Below the pieces are notes generated by a model, which made no database searches, was not told where the DNA came from, and saw only the letters and a list, made by a program, of their open reading frames with translations. From an uncultured Lachnospiraceae bacterium (lineage in GTDB: Bacteria; Bacillota; Clostridia; Lachnospirales; Lachnospiraceae), in the NCBI GenBank assembly GCA_902766735.1, contig CACXEU010000007.1:62509-126508 (forward strand): 64,000 nt of DNA. Reading direction: 5' to 3'. This document shows positions 29,242 to 38,087 of this stretch, piece by piece; the first letter of the stretch is position 1; every line of letters starts with the position of its first letter. A program made the position numbers and the translations under genes.

Positions 29242-30172
29242 ATATGTTGAAGTTGCAGAGCAGGTTGGAAAGAAAAAATTCACTGACAGAAATGGCTTCC
29301 ACGTATTCGTATTATTTTTACCATACGGATTATTATTCTTTACATTTATTTTCTTACCTATCGTAATAGGTATGGGATTATCATTTACATATTTTGATGT
29401 TATTAACACTCCGACATTTGCAGGAATGAATAACTACATTACATTGCTGACAGGTGATGAAGTGTTTATGAAATATGTATTACCGAACACGATTCTTTAC
29501 GCAATCGTCGTAGGTATCGGAGGATATATTTTATCCTTCCTTATGGCATGGATTTTGGCACAGGTTACACCGCGTGCCAGAACAATCTATGCATTGTGTA
29601 TGTACATTCCGTCTATGTCAGGTCAGTTGTTTATTCAGTATGTATGGAAGTTAATCTTCTCTGGTGACCAGAGTGGTATCGCAAATGCATACTTAATGAA
29701 ACTGGGATTGATTAGTCAGCCAATACAGTGGTTGATTTCATCAGATTACTTTATGCAAATCATGATTTTCGTATCCTTGTGGTCATCAATGGGTATCGGA
29801 TTCTTGTCAATGCTTTCAGGTATCATGAATATTGATCAGGAATTATATGAAGCGGCATATGTTGACGGAATCAAGAACAGAGCGCAGGAAATTATTTATA
29901 TTACAATTCCATCCATGAAGCCGCAGATGTTATTCGGTGCGGTAATGTCCATCGTAGGTGCATTCAACATGGGTTGGCTCGGTGTTGCTTTGGCAGGTGC
30001 AAACCCAACACCGGATTATTCCGGACAGTTAATTGCAAACCATATCGACGACTATGCCTTTGTACGATATGAAATGGGTTATGCTTCAGCAGTTTCCGTT
30101 TCATTACTGGTACTTGTATGGATTTGTAGTAAAGTAGCCAATAAGTTATTTACAGAAAAAGACGAATATTAG
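29228..30172 (+). CDS. Sugar ABC transporter permease (MalF/CUT1 type)
   Basis: 6-TM pattern and EAA loop YEAAYVDGIKNRAQEIIYITIPSMKP. Overlaps the upstream gene by 14 nt. Confidence 0.85.
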   Translation: MAASKYVEVAEQVGKKKFTDRNGFHVFVLFLPYGLLFFTFIFLPIVIGMGLSFTYFDVINTPTFAGMNNYITLLTGDEVFMKYVLPNTILYAIVVGIGGYILSFLMAWILAQVTPRARTIYALCMYIPSMSGQLFIQYVWKLIFSGDQSGIANAYLMKLGLISQPIQWLISSDYFMQIMIFVSLWSSMGIGFLSMLSGIMNIDQELYEAAYVDGIKNRAQEIIYITIPSMKPQMLFGAVMSIVGAFNMGWLGVALAGANPTPDYSGQLIANHIDDYAFVRYEMGYASAVSVSLLVLVWICSKVANKLFTEKDEY

Positions 30173-30188
30173 GAAGGAGGATATAAAA

Positions 30189-31058
30189 ATGGCAAATTTT
30201 CAGGGCAATAGAATTAACCCAAGTAGATTTTCCAGGGGACAAATCAAGTTTCATGTGATTGCATTACCATTGTCAATCCTGATGCTTATTCCGGTTATAT
30301 TCCTCTTCAGTAATGCGTTTAAACCGCTGGGAGAATTATTTAGATTCCCTCCATCGATATTCGTTTATAACCCAACCTTGGATAACTTCAGAAACTTATT
30401 AAACTTAGCAGGTTCTACAGGAATTCCAATGTCAAGATATTTCTTGAATACATTGTTTGTAACTGTATTAACCGTAATCTTAAATATTATTATTTCCATT
30501 ATGGGTGCTTATGTATTCTCTAAGAAGAAATTTAGAATCAAGGGCGCTTTATGGGAAATTAACCAGGCAGCTTTGATGTTTATCGCTACAGCTGTTGCGA
30601 TTCCAAGATACTTAATCATTGTAAACATTGGAGCGTACAACACATGGTTTGCACATATCCTTCCGTTGATTGCCGCACCGGTTGTTTTATTCTTGGTAAA
30701 ACAGTTCGTTGATGGTATTCCGGATGCGTTAATTGAAGCAGCCGTTGTGGATGGGGCAGGAGATGCCATCATCTTAAGAAAAATCATTATCCCTCTTGCA
30801 AAACCGGCTCTTGCTACATCAGTCGTGTTGACATTCCAGCAGGTATGGGGAAATGTGGAAAGTTCAAACAATTACATTACTAGTGAATCATTAAGAACAT
30901 TGACATATTATGTAAACTCAGTAGGAACGAACAATGCTGTGGCAGCTGCAGGTATGATGGCAGCAGCACAGTTGGTAATGTTTATTCCAAACCTCATTAT
31001 CTTTATCTCAATGCAGTCTAAGGTAATGAACACAATGAGTCATTCAGGTATTAAGTAA
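30189..31058 (+). CDS. Sugar ABC transporter permease (MalG/CUT1 type)
   Basis: EAA loop IEAAVVDGAGDAIILRKIIIPLAKP. RBS aggaagga. Confidence 0.85.
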   Translation: MANFQGNRINPSRFSRGQIKFHVIALPLSILMLIPVIFLFSNAFKPLGELFRFPPSIFVYNPTLDNFRNLLNLAGSTGIPMSRYFLNTLFVTVLTVILNIIISIMGAYVFSKKKFRIKGALWEINQAALMFIATAVAIPRYLIIVNIGAYNTWFAHILPLIAAPVVLFLVKQFVDGIPDALIEAAVVDGAGDAIILRKIIIPLAKPALATSVVLTFQQVWGNVESSNNYITSESLRTLTYYVNSVGTNNAVAAAGMMAAAQLVMFIPNLIIFISMQSKVMNTMSHSGIK

Positions 31059-31069
31059 GGAGGCAGTCG

Positions 31070-33172
31070 ATGAAAAAAGAAATGAAAAAATCATTAGTGC
31101 TGCTTCTGGCACTAACGTTTACAATGTTATCTGTGTTGACTGTAGCTGCATCGCAGGCGACAAGTTATTCCTATACATTAGATGATGAAGGGGAATACGT
31201 AAGAACACAGGATGCGTACCTTCCTGACAGAACAATTACTTCTTTAGGATTAAGTGATCCGGAAGATATGTTAATTGAGCAGAATGCAAAGGGAGAAAAC
31301 ATCCTTATTATTGCGGACACAGGACATAAAAGAATTTTGATTTATAACTTGGATACAGAAAAAGTGATTAATACGATTGAAGTATTTTCCGTATCCGGTC
31401 AGGAAACAAGATTTTCTTCTCCAAAGGGAATTTATCTGACAGCAAAAGGAGATTTATATGTAGCGGATTCCGCTGCAAAGACGGTTTATCGTTTTAAGAA
31501 ACAGAACGATAATTATGATTTCTTCTTTACAAGACAGTATGACAGACCAACAGCTCCAATTTTTGATGAATCTGCTTCATCAAACTACGAGCCGAGTAAG
31601 GTCGCTATTGATAGTGGTGAAAACCTTTACATTGTTTCAGAAGGTAACTACAACGGTATTATTCAGTTAGCAAACTCAGGAGAATTCCTTGGTTACTTTG
31701 CAGCAAACCTTACGAAGTTAACACCACAGCAGGCATTTTTGAAATTAATCTACACAAGAGAACAGGAAGAAAAGTCAGAAGTTTTGAATACCCTTCCATC
31801 AACATTCTCAAATGTATATGTAGACCATGCCGGAACGGCTTACTCAGTAAGTATGGGTACCGGAGACAATTTGTTAAAGAAACATAGTACAGATGGTTCA
31901 AACCTTTATAAATCTGTTGTTTGTTCAGGGAATATGACAGATGTTACTGCTGATGAGGATGGTATTGTTTATACCTCTGACGTACGTGGTTATATCAATG
32001 TTTATACTCGTGATGGAGAAATGATTTTCAGCATGGGTGAAGCAGTTCAGGGAATGGATATTTCCGGATTGTTCTCAAGCTTGACAACCATTGCGGTAGA
32101 TAACAAAGGAAATATCTGGACTGCAGATGGAGAAAAGGGATATATCCAGTCATTTGTTCCAACAGAATATGCAGAAACGATTTTCAAGGCATTGAAGGAA
32201 TATGAAAATGGTGATTATGATTCGGCCATGGAAGACTGGAATACAGTACTTCGTTTGAACCAGATGTCGGTATTAGCACATAATGGTGTTGCAAAGGCTT
32301 ATTACAATGATGAAGATTACAAACCGGCTATGGAACATTTTGAAATTGCCGGAAACAGAGATGGTTATTCCAATGCATTCTGGGAAGTACGAAATGTAGT
32401 TCTGAAAAAGTATATTGGACCATTCTTACTTGCACTTGTAATCTTATTCATCTTGAAAGTCTTAATTGGAGTAATTGACAGAAATGATGTTATTCCAAGA
32501 AAGAAGAAAGCTCTGGGCGAGAAATTAAAGAACGTTCCGGTTCTTGGAGAAATTGGATATGCCTTTAAGTGTGCAAGACATCCGATTGAAAGATATTATG
32601 ATATCCGTGTTGGAAAGAACGGTTCCATGATTGCAGCAACCGTTATTTACATTGTATTCTTTGGTGTATATATGCTGTATCAGACTGGTAAAGGATTTAT
32701 TTATCAGTACACAGATGTTGAAGATATGGATATGGGAGCCGTAGTTATCGGTTTCTTTGCAATCCTGATTCTGTTTATTGTATGTAACTTCCTTGTTACA
32801 TCTATCACAGATGGTGACGGAACATTAAAACAGGTATATATGATTCCGGCTTATGGTGTAATGCCTGCAATGTTTGCAATGTTGGCAACCATCGGATTAT
32901 CTTATGTACTTACCTATAATGAAGCATTTATTTTGACAGTTATTATGATTGTTGGTGTGGGCTGGTCTATCGCAGTTATTTTTGAAGGACTGGCAACCGT
33001 ACATGATTATGATTTTAGCCATACGGTATTAAGTTTGATCATTACATTTGTATTTATGCTGATTGCCGCAATTGTAGTATTGGTAGTAATTATTATGTGG
33101 GAACAGTTATACGACTTTATTTTAACGGTAGGAAAGGAGATTGTAAGAAATGTTACAGGATCAGAAAGTTAA
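31070..33172 (+). CDS. Signal-peptide protein with NHL/beta-propeller-like repeats, a TPR-like segment and a C-terminal 5-TM Yip1-like domain
   Basis: Repeated G-x-[LI]Y[VI]-x-[DS] motifs (GDLYVADSAAKTVYRF, ENLYIVSEGNYNGIIQL, GIVYTSDVRGYINVY, GNIWTADGEKGYIQSF). TPR-like ALKEYENGDYDSAMEDWNTVLRLN. The C-terminal ~260 aa carries 5 hydrophobic helices. Confidence 0.65.
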   Translation: MKKEMKKSLVLLLALTFTMLSVLTVAASQATSYSYTLDDEGEYVRTQDAYLPDRTITSLGLSDPEDMLIEQNAKGENILIIADTGHKRILIYNLDTEKVINTIEVFSVSGQETRFSSPKGIYLTAKGDLYVADSAAKTVYRFKKQNDNYDFFFTRQYDRPTAPIFDESASSNYEPSKVAIDSGENLYIVSEGNYNGIIQLANSGEFLGYFAANLTKLTPQQAFLKLIYTREQEEKSEVLNTLPSTFSNVYVDHAGTAYSVSMGTGDNLLKKHSTDGSNLYKSVVCSGNMTDVTADEDGIVYTSDVRGYINVYTRDGEMIFSMGEAVQGMDISGLFSSLTTIAVDNKGNIWTADGEKGYIQSFVPTEYAETIFKALKEYENGDYDSAMEDWNTVLRLNQMSVLAHNGVAKAYYNDEDYKPAMEHFEIAGNRDGYSNAFWEVRNVVLKKYIGPFLLALVILFILKVLIGVIDRNDVIPRKKKALGEKLKNVPVLGEIGYAFKCARHPIERYYDIRVGKNGSMIAATVIYIVFFGVYMLYQTGKGFIYQYTDVEDMDMGAVVIGFFAILILFIVCNFLVTSITDGDGTLKQVYMIPAYGVMPAMFAMLATIGLSYVLTYNEAFILTVIMIVGVGWSIAVIFEGLATVHDYDFSHTVLSLIITFVFMLIAAIVVLVVIIMWEQLYDFILTVGKEIVRNVTGSES

Positions 33173-35849
33173 GAAAATTAAACATATCTCTGTGGCAGTA
33201 TTTGCATTTATGACTCTTTCTGTTGCCGTTGGTGTCGGTGCAGCATTTTTGAATACCAATAGAGATACAAGACCGGTACCGGAGCGGGTTGAATCCGCAA
33301 TGGAGTATACAGATGCTTACACAGAATTATGTACAGTAGGTGATTATAAATATCTTTTCTTTGAAGAGAAAGATATTATTGCAGTAGAAAACGTAAAGAC
33401 CGGTTGGGTGTGGAAAACCGGTTTGGACGTTCCTTCCATTGATACTATCAAGGATGGAAGAAAGAAATTAAAGAGATGTCAGGAAGATATCTTGGCATTA
33501 AAGGGCAAAGCGAAAGTTTCCGACAAAGGAAAAACGGAAGACGAAGTTATTAAGGCAATCATTGAAAAGATTGAAAAAGGTGACGTAAAGATTGAATCTG
33601 ACACATATACAGGCTTTACTGGATTTGCCAATAAGAACAATATGTCTCCGGTAGAACTGATGGACTTCATTGAATCAACAGATTCCTCATTCCAGTCTGA
33701 TCAGTTCGTAGACTTTGCAAACTCCCTGATTACCGTTGAGTATTATGAAGGTAGCGGTGACAACACAATGGTACAGAAGGCATCTTCCGCACCATGTGAT
33801 GATGACACTGCATCCAGCTTGACTGTAGTAGATGAAAGCACACATAAATATAAATTACAGTGTGAATTTAAACTGGGAGCAAAGGCTGAAAAATTAGGAG
33901 TTAATGTTTATCTTACATTTAATGAAGATGGAACAATCAACTTCCAAATCCCTAATAAAGAAATTTCCGGGGAGAATGCTAGGAAGAAGTTAAAAGATAT
34001 TATTGTTGCACCATTCCTTGGAGCAAGCGGTGGTATTTTAAACTATTTCGATGGAAAAGGATATAACAAGGCGGAAATTCAGGATGTTACACCGGGTTAT
34101 GTATTTGTACCGGATGGAAGTGGAGCGTTAATCCGTTTTGCAGCAAACAGTGCAACCTTTAATGAGTACAGTGGTGATGTATACGGTACTGATCCGGCAA
34201 CAACTTTACACCATTATGCTCCGAACCAGGACGAAGGTGTTTCACAGAACGTGGTACCTTTAAAGAACCCTACAATGCCTGTTTATGGTATTTCACAGGG
34301 TGATGGCACACAGGCCGCATTTTTGGCATATGCAGATTCTGGGGATGAATATATGAGTATTCATGTATTACCTGAATCTACTCAGCCAAAGCAGAATGCT
34401 TATACCTATGCTTATGCATCATTCCTGTATAATAGCGAATATTATCAGGTTACTAACCAGCAGGGTGATGCTTATAGAAAGACACAGGATAAGTTAAACG
34501 ACTTTGATGTAGACTTTACAATTCAGTTCTTATCCGGCGACGGAAGCGATGGGACTCCATCTGCTGATTATGCGGGAATGGCAAAAGCATATCGTGAGCA
34601 CTTGATTGACAAGGGTGCTCTTACAGAAGTTCAGCAAGGCTATGAGAGCATTCCACTTCGAATTGACTTCTTAATGTCAGATTCCAAGAACGGTGTATTC
34701 TCAACAAAGGAAGTTGCCGTAACAACAGCAGATGATGTTAAGAGTATTTTAGAGCAGATTAGTGACAATGGAATTTCAAACATTAACTCAGGATTAATTG
34801 GATGGCAGAGTGGTGGAGAAACATTATCAAAGCCAAACAGCACAAGCTTCTCAAGCACAATTGGTTCTGAAGGAAACTTCGCAGATGTTATGGGTGCTTT
34901 GAAAGATAAGGGAATTGACGTTTCCTTCTCCAGAGAATTTGTAACAATCAATGAAGACATGATTTCATATTATAGCAATGCTGCAAAACACTTAAGCACA
35001 CAGTATATGGAATTAGATCGTTCCGAAGTTCTTCCATCAAACTGTCCGGTAACAGAATATGGCTACGCATTGCCAGAAAAGAGTGCTGAATGGTTGAAGG
35101 ATTTATATGGTGATTTAGGTGACTTAAGCGATTCCATCACAATTGATGGTATTTCAAATAAGTTAATCAGCTCGTATACAAGTAATAAGGAAAAAAGAAC
35201 AACAGCAGTTGATACAATTAAGTTATATCAGGATGCAGTAAAGAGCATTAAGGATAACGGAACAAAGATTAATATGGTTAATCCGAACAAATATATGTGG
35301 CAGTATACAGACAGATATCTCCAGTCTCCGATTGGAACATCTCAGTATGTATACGAAACAGATACTGTTCCATTCCTTCAGATGGTTCTTCATGGAACAA
35401 TGGAAGTTTATGCTCCATATGCAAACTTCTCATTCTATTCCAACAATGATATGTTACGAATGATTGATTATAATGCGAGTCCATCCTTCGTTTTAACAAA
35501 GCAGCCATCATATCTTTTAGCTGCAACAGCATCAGCTGACTACTATTCAACAGAATATGAGCAGTATAAGGAATTGATTAACACAATTTATACAACAGTA
35601 AACAAACCATTATCAGAGGTTGTTGATTACAGCTGGGATTCCAGAACAGTATTTACCTGGGATGGAAGTAAGTTAGTTCAGAAACCGGATAATGGAGAAG
35701 AAGCAACTGGTGGTGTTATTGCAAACCAGTATTCAAAAGATGGAACTATTAAAACAATTATTATTAACTACACAGATGAAGACATCGTGGTTAATGGTGT
35801 GACAATCGCAGCAACAAGTGCTGGAGTAGTTGAAGGAGGTGTTGAATAG
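33150..35849 (+). CDS. Signal-anchored 899-aa extracytoplasmic protein, DUF5696-like (function unknown)
   Basis: N-terminal TM (ISVAVFAFMTLSVAVGVGAAF). RBS aaaggag. Overlaps the upstream gene by 23 nt. I see no catalytic motif I can assign. The DUF5696 call comes from memory of similar neighbourhoods and is unverified. Confidence 0.55.
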   Translation: MLQDQKVKKIKHISVAVFAFMTLSVAVGVGAAFLNTNRDTRPVPERVESAMEYTDAYTELCTVGDYKYLFFEEKDIIAVENVKTGWVWKTGLDVPSIDTIKDGRKKLKRCQEDILALKGKAKVSDKGKTEDEVIKAIIEKIEKGDVKIESDTYTGFTGFANKNNMSPVELMDFIESTDSSFQSDQFVDFANSLITVEYYEGSGDNTMVQKASSAPCDDDTASSLTVVDESTHKYKLQCEFKLGAKAEKLGVNVYLTFNEDGTINFQIPNKEISGENARKKLKDIIVAPFLGASGGILNYFDGKGYNKAEIQDVTPGYVFVPDGSGALIRFAANSATFNEYSGDVYGTDPATTLHHYAPNQDEGVSQNVVPLKNPTMPVYGISQGDGTQAAFLAYADSGDEYMSIHVLPESTQPKQNAYTYAYASFLYNSEYYQVTNQQGDAYRKTQDKLNDFDVDFTIQFLSGDGSDGTPSADYAGMAKAYREHLIDKGALTEVQQGYESIPLRIDFLMSDSKNGVFSTKEVAVTTADDVKSILEQISDNGISNINSGLIGWQSGGETLSKPNSTSFSSTIGSEGNFADVMGALKDKGIDVSFSREFVTINEDMISYYSNAAKHLSTQYMELDRSEVLPSNCPVTEYGYALPEKSAEWLKDLYGDLGDLSDSITIDGISNKLISSYTSNKEKRTTAVDTIKLYQDAVKSIKDNGTKINMVNPNKYMWQYTDRYLQSPIGTSQYVYETDTVPFLQMVLHGTMEVYAPYANFSFYSNNDMLRMIDYNASPSFVLTKQPSYLLAATASADYYSTEYEQYKELINTIYTTVNKPLSEVVDYSWDSRTVFTWDGSKLVQKPDNGEEATGGVIANQYSKDGTIKTIIINYTDEDIVVNGVTIAATSAGVVEGGVE

Positions 35850-37054
35850 TGGATGAAAATCAATTAACACCTAAGCAGCCAACTCAGTTAGATGATGCGG
35901 TTGAGAAGGTAGTAAGTAATTCAGAAGAAACAATTGGGGAAGCTACGAAAGTAGTGGAACCAATTGAAGAAACTGTAAAGGAAACTGTAGCGGAACCGGT
36001 AAAAGAGGAACAGACTTCAGCTTCGAAAAAAGAAAAGAAAAAGAAGATGCGTACTTATCAGCAGAGACAGGACAGAAATGGATATCTGTTTATGGCACCT
36101 TGGATTCTGGGATTCGTAATCTTCACATTGTACCCATTCATTATGACAATTATCTTAAGTTTCAGTGCGGTAAGCTCTACTGCATGGGGCTACAAGAGAG
36201 AGTTCATTGGAGTGAAAAACTACATTAATGCGTTCGTCGGAAACCAGGAATTCCTGCCGGCATTGTTAGGATATCTTAGAATGATTATTCCATACACATT
36301 TATTGTAGTAGTATTATCATTTATTATCGCGTACCTGTTAAATAAGATTAATGTAGGAAAGGGAATCTTAAGAACAATTTATTTCCTTCCGGTTATTATC
36401 ATGTCGGGTCCGGTAATGCAGCAGTTATTAACAGCCCAGGGTAAGGCTGATGCTGCATCAGCAGCTGCAACAGCAGCAAAAACAACAACAAATGCATATT
36501 CCAATATTTTCATTATGCAGATTATTGAGAGTTATTCCAGACCTTTAGCAAACGGTTTGGCAGGAATTTTCGATCAGCTTTCCGTAATTCTTTGGTTTAC
36601 TGGTATTCCAATTGTATTATTTATCAATGGTTTACAGAAGATTAACCCAAGTATTTACGAAGCAGCGAAAATCGATTCTGCAAATGCATGGCAGATTATG
36701 TGGAAAATCACAATCCCGATGTTAAAGGGTGTCGGATTAATTATCACAGTCTTCACAGTGATTCAGTTGGGTATGTTTGATTCAATTAACCCAATGTACA
36801 AGTTGATTGAAGAAAAGACCGGTGACTTAAGCGCAGGACTTGGATTCGCAGCAACTTATGCATGGATTTACAGTGTAATCGCTCTTTTGATTATCGGTAT
36901 CATCTTCCTGTTATTTAAGGATAGAACTCCGAAGGATATTAAAGCAAGAAAGAAACAGGAAAAGAAATTAAAGAAACTTGATAAGTATCAGAAGAGAAGA
37001 TTGAAAGCTCAGAAGAGACATCAGGCAAAGGAGGCAAAGTTATATGGAAAATAA
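35849..37054 (+). CDS. Sugar ABC permease (MalF type) with acidic N-terminal extension and K/R-rich C-terminal tail
   Basis: The GTG start shares 1 nt with the upstream TAG stop. EAA loop YEAAKIDSANAWQIMWKITIPMLK. ~75-aa acidic N-terminus, and the tail KARKKQEKKLKKLDKYQKRRLKAQKRHQAKEAK. Confidence 0.75.
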   Translation: MDENQLTPKQPTQLDDAVEKVVSNSEETIGEATKVVEPIEETVKETVAEPVKEEQTSASKKEKKKKMRTYQQRQDRNGYLFMAPWILGFVIFTLYPFIMTIILSFSAVSSTAWGYKREFIGVKNYINAFVGNQEFLPALLGYLRMIIPYTFIVVVLSFIIAYLLNKINVGKGILRTIYFLPVIIMSGPVMQQLLTAQGKADAASAAATAAKTTTNAYSNIFIMQIIESYSRPLANGLAGIFDQLSVILWFTGIPIVLFINGLQKINPSIYEAAKIDSANAWQIMWKITIPMLKGVGLIITVFTVIQLGMFDSINPMYKLIEEKTGDLSAGLGFAATYAWIYSVIALLIIGIIFLLFKDRTPKDIKARKKQEKKLKKLDKYQKRRLKAQKRHQAKEAKLYGK

Positions 37055-38000
37055 AAATGAAGTGGCAAAGAAGCGTAGCCTTCCTTCATTGAAGAATATC
37101 AACTTTGCCAGATTAAAGAAATTAAAAGCAGTACAGTTTGTATCAAAATTTATGATTTATTTTGTATTGATTTGTATCGGTTATGTATTTTTAAGTCCAA
37201 TCTTTGAAATGCTTGCAAAGTCAATCATGAATGAAGCAGACTTGATTGATCCATCGATTACATGGATTGCAAAAAATGCAACATTTGAGAACTTTAACAA
37301 CGCAATTAAGCAGTTAGATGTTCCATCATCATTGATTAACTCAATCTGGTTCTCCGCATTATTAGCGGTTGGACAGACTTTTGTATCAGCAACTACAGGT
37401 TTTGCATTATCAAGATACACATTTAAGGGACGTAATATCTGGTATATCATGTTAATCTTAGCGTTTATTTTACCGGTTCCATTACTTACTATCCCACGAG
37501 TTATGATGTTTACCGATTTAAATACATATACAGGTATTAACTTAATGAATTCTATCTGGCCACAGTTCTTTATGGCATTGTTAGGTCAGGGAACTTATTC
37601 AACTATGTTGATTTTGATTTTCTATAACTTCTTTAATATGATTCCGAAATCATTAGATGAAGCTGCTATGATTGACGGTGCCGGTTCATTCCGCGTATTC
37701 TATCATGTGGCAATTAGATTATCATTATCTACGATTTTAGTAGTATTCTTATTCTCATTCGTATTTAACTGGAATGAGACATATTCAACAAGTATCTTCT
37801 TAAGAGATGCGGTAGACTTACTACCTGGAAACTTAGCTTCTTTCGATAATGGAGCTGCTACAGGTGGAGCAAATGCATTGAATGAAGCACAGCGTATGTC
37901 AGCAATTTTAATTTCTATCTCACCGCTGTTAGTATTGTACTTATTTGTACAGAGACAGTTCATTCAGGGTATTGAAAATACCGGTATTACCGGTGAATAA
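37044..38000 (+). CDS. Sugar ABC permease (MalG type)
   Basis: EAA loop DEAAMIDGAGSFRVFYHVAIRLS. Overlaps the upstream gene by 11 nt. Confidence 0.8.
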   Translation: MENKNEVAKKRSLPSLKNINFARLKKLKAVQFVSKFMIYFVLICIGYVFLSPIFEMLAKSIMNEADLIDPSITWIAKNATFENFNNAIKQLDVPSSLINSIWFSALLAVGQTFVSATTGFALSRYTFKGRNIWYIMLILAFILPVPLLTIPRVMMFTDLNTYTGINLMNSIWPQFFMALLGQGTYSTMLILIFYNFFNMIPKSLDEAAMIDGAGSFRVFYHVAIRLSLSTILVVFLFSFVFNWNETYSTSIFLRDAVDLLPGNLASFDNGAATGGANALNEAQRMSAILISISPLLVLYLFVQRQFIQGIENTGITGE

Positions 38001-38047
38001 AATGTGTAGTCGGGCAAGGCACCGATGTGCCTGCCCATATGCACATT
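38001..38047 (+). other. Intercistronic GC-rich stem-loop (attenuator or RNA-stability element, no U-tract)
   Basis: Inner stem gggcaaggcac (38012-38022) / gtgcctgccc (38027-38036) with one bulged A. Outer stem aatgtg (38001-38006) / cacatt (38042-38047). Confidence 0.4.
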
Positions 38048-38087
38048 AGAGAAACTTGTAAAAAATGAACAGAATAAGGAGAGTCAA

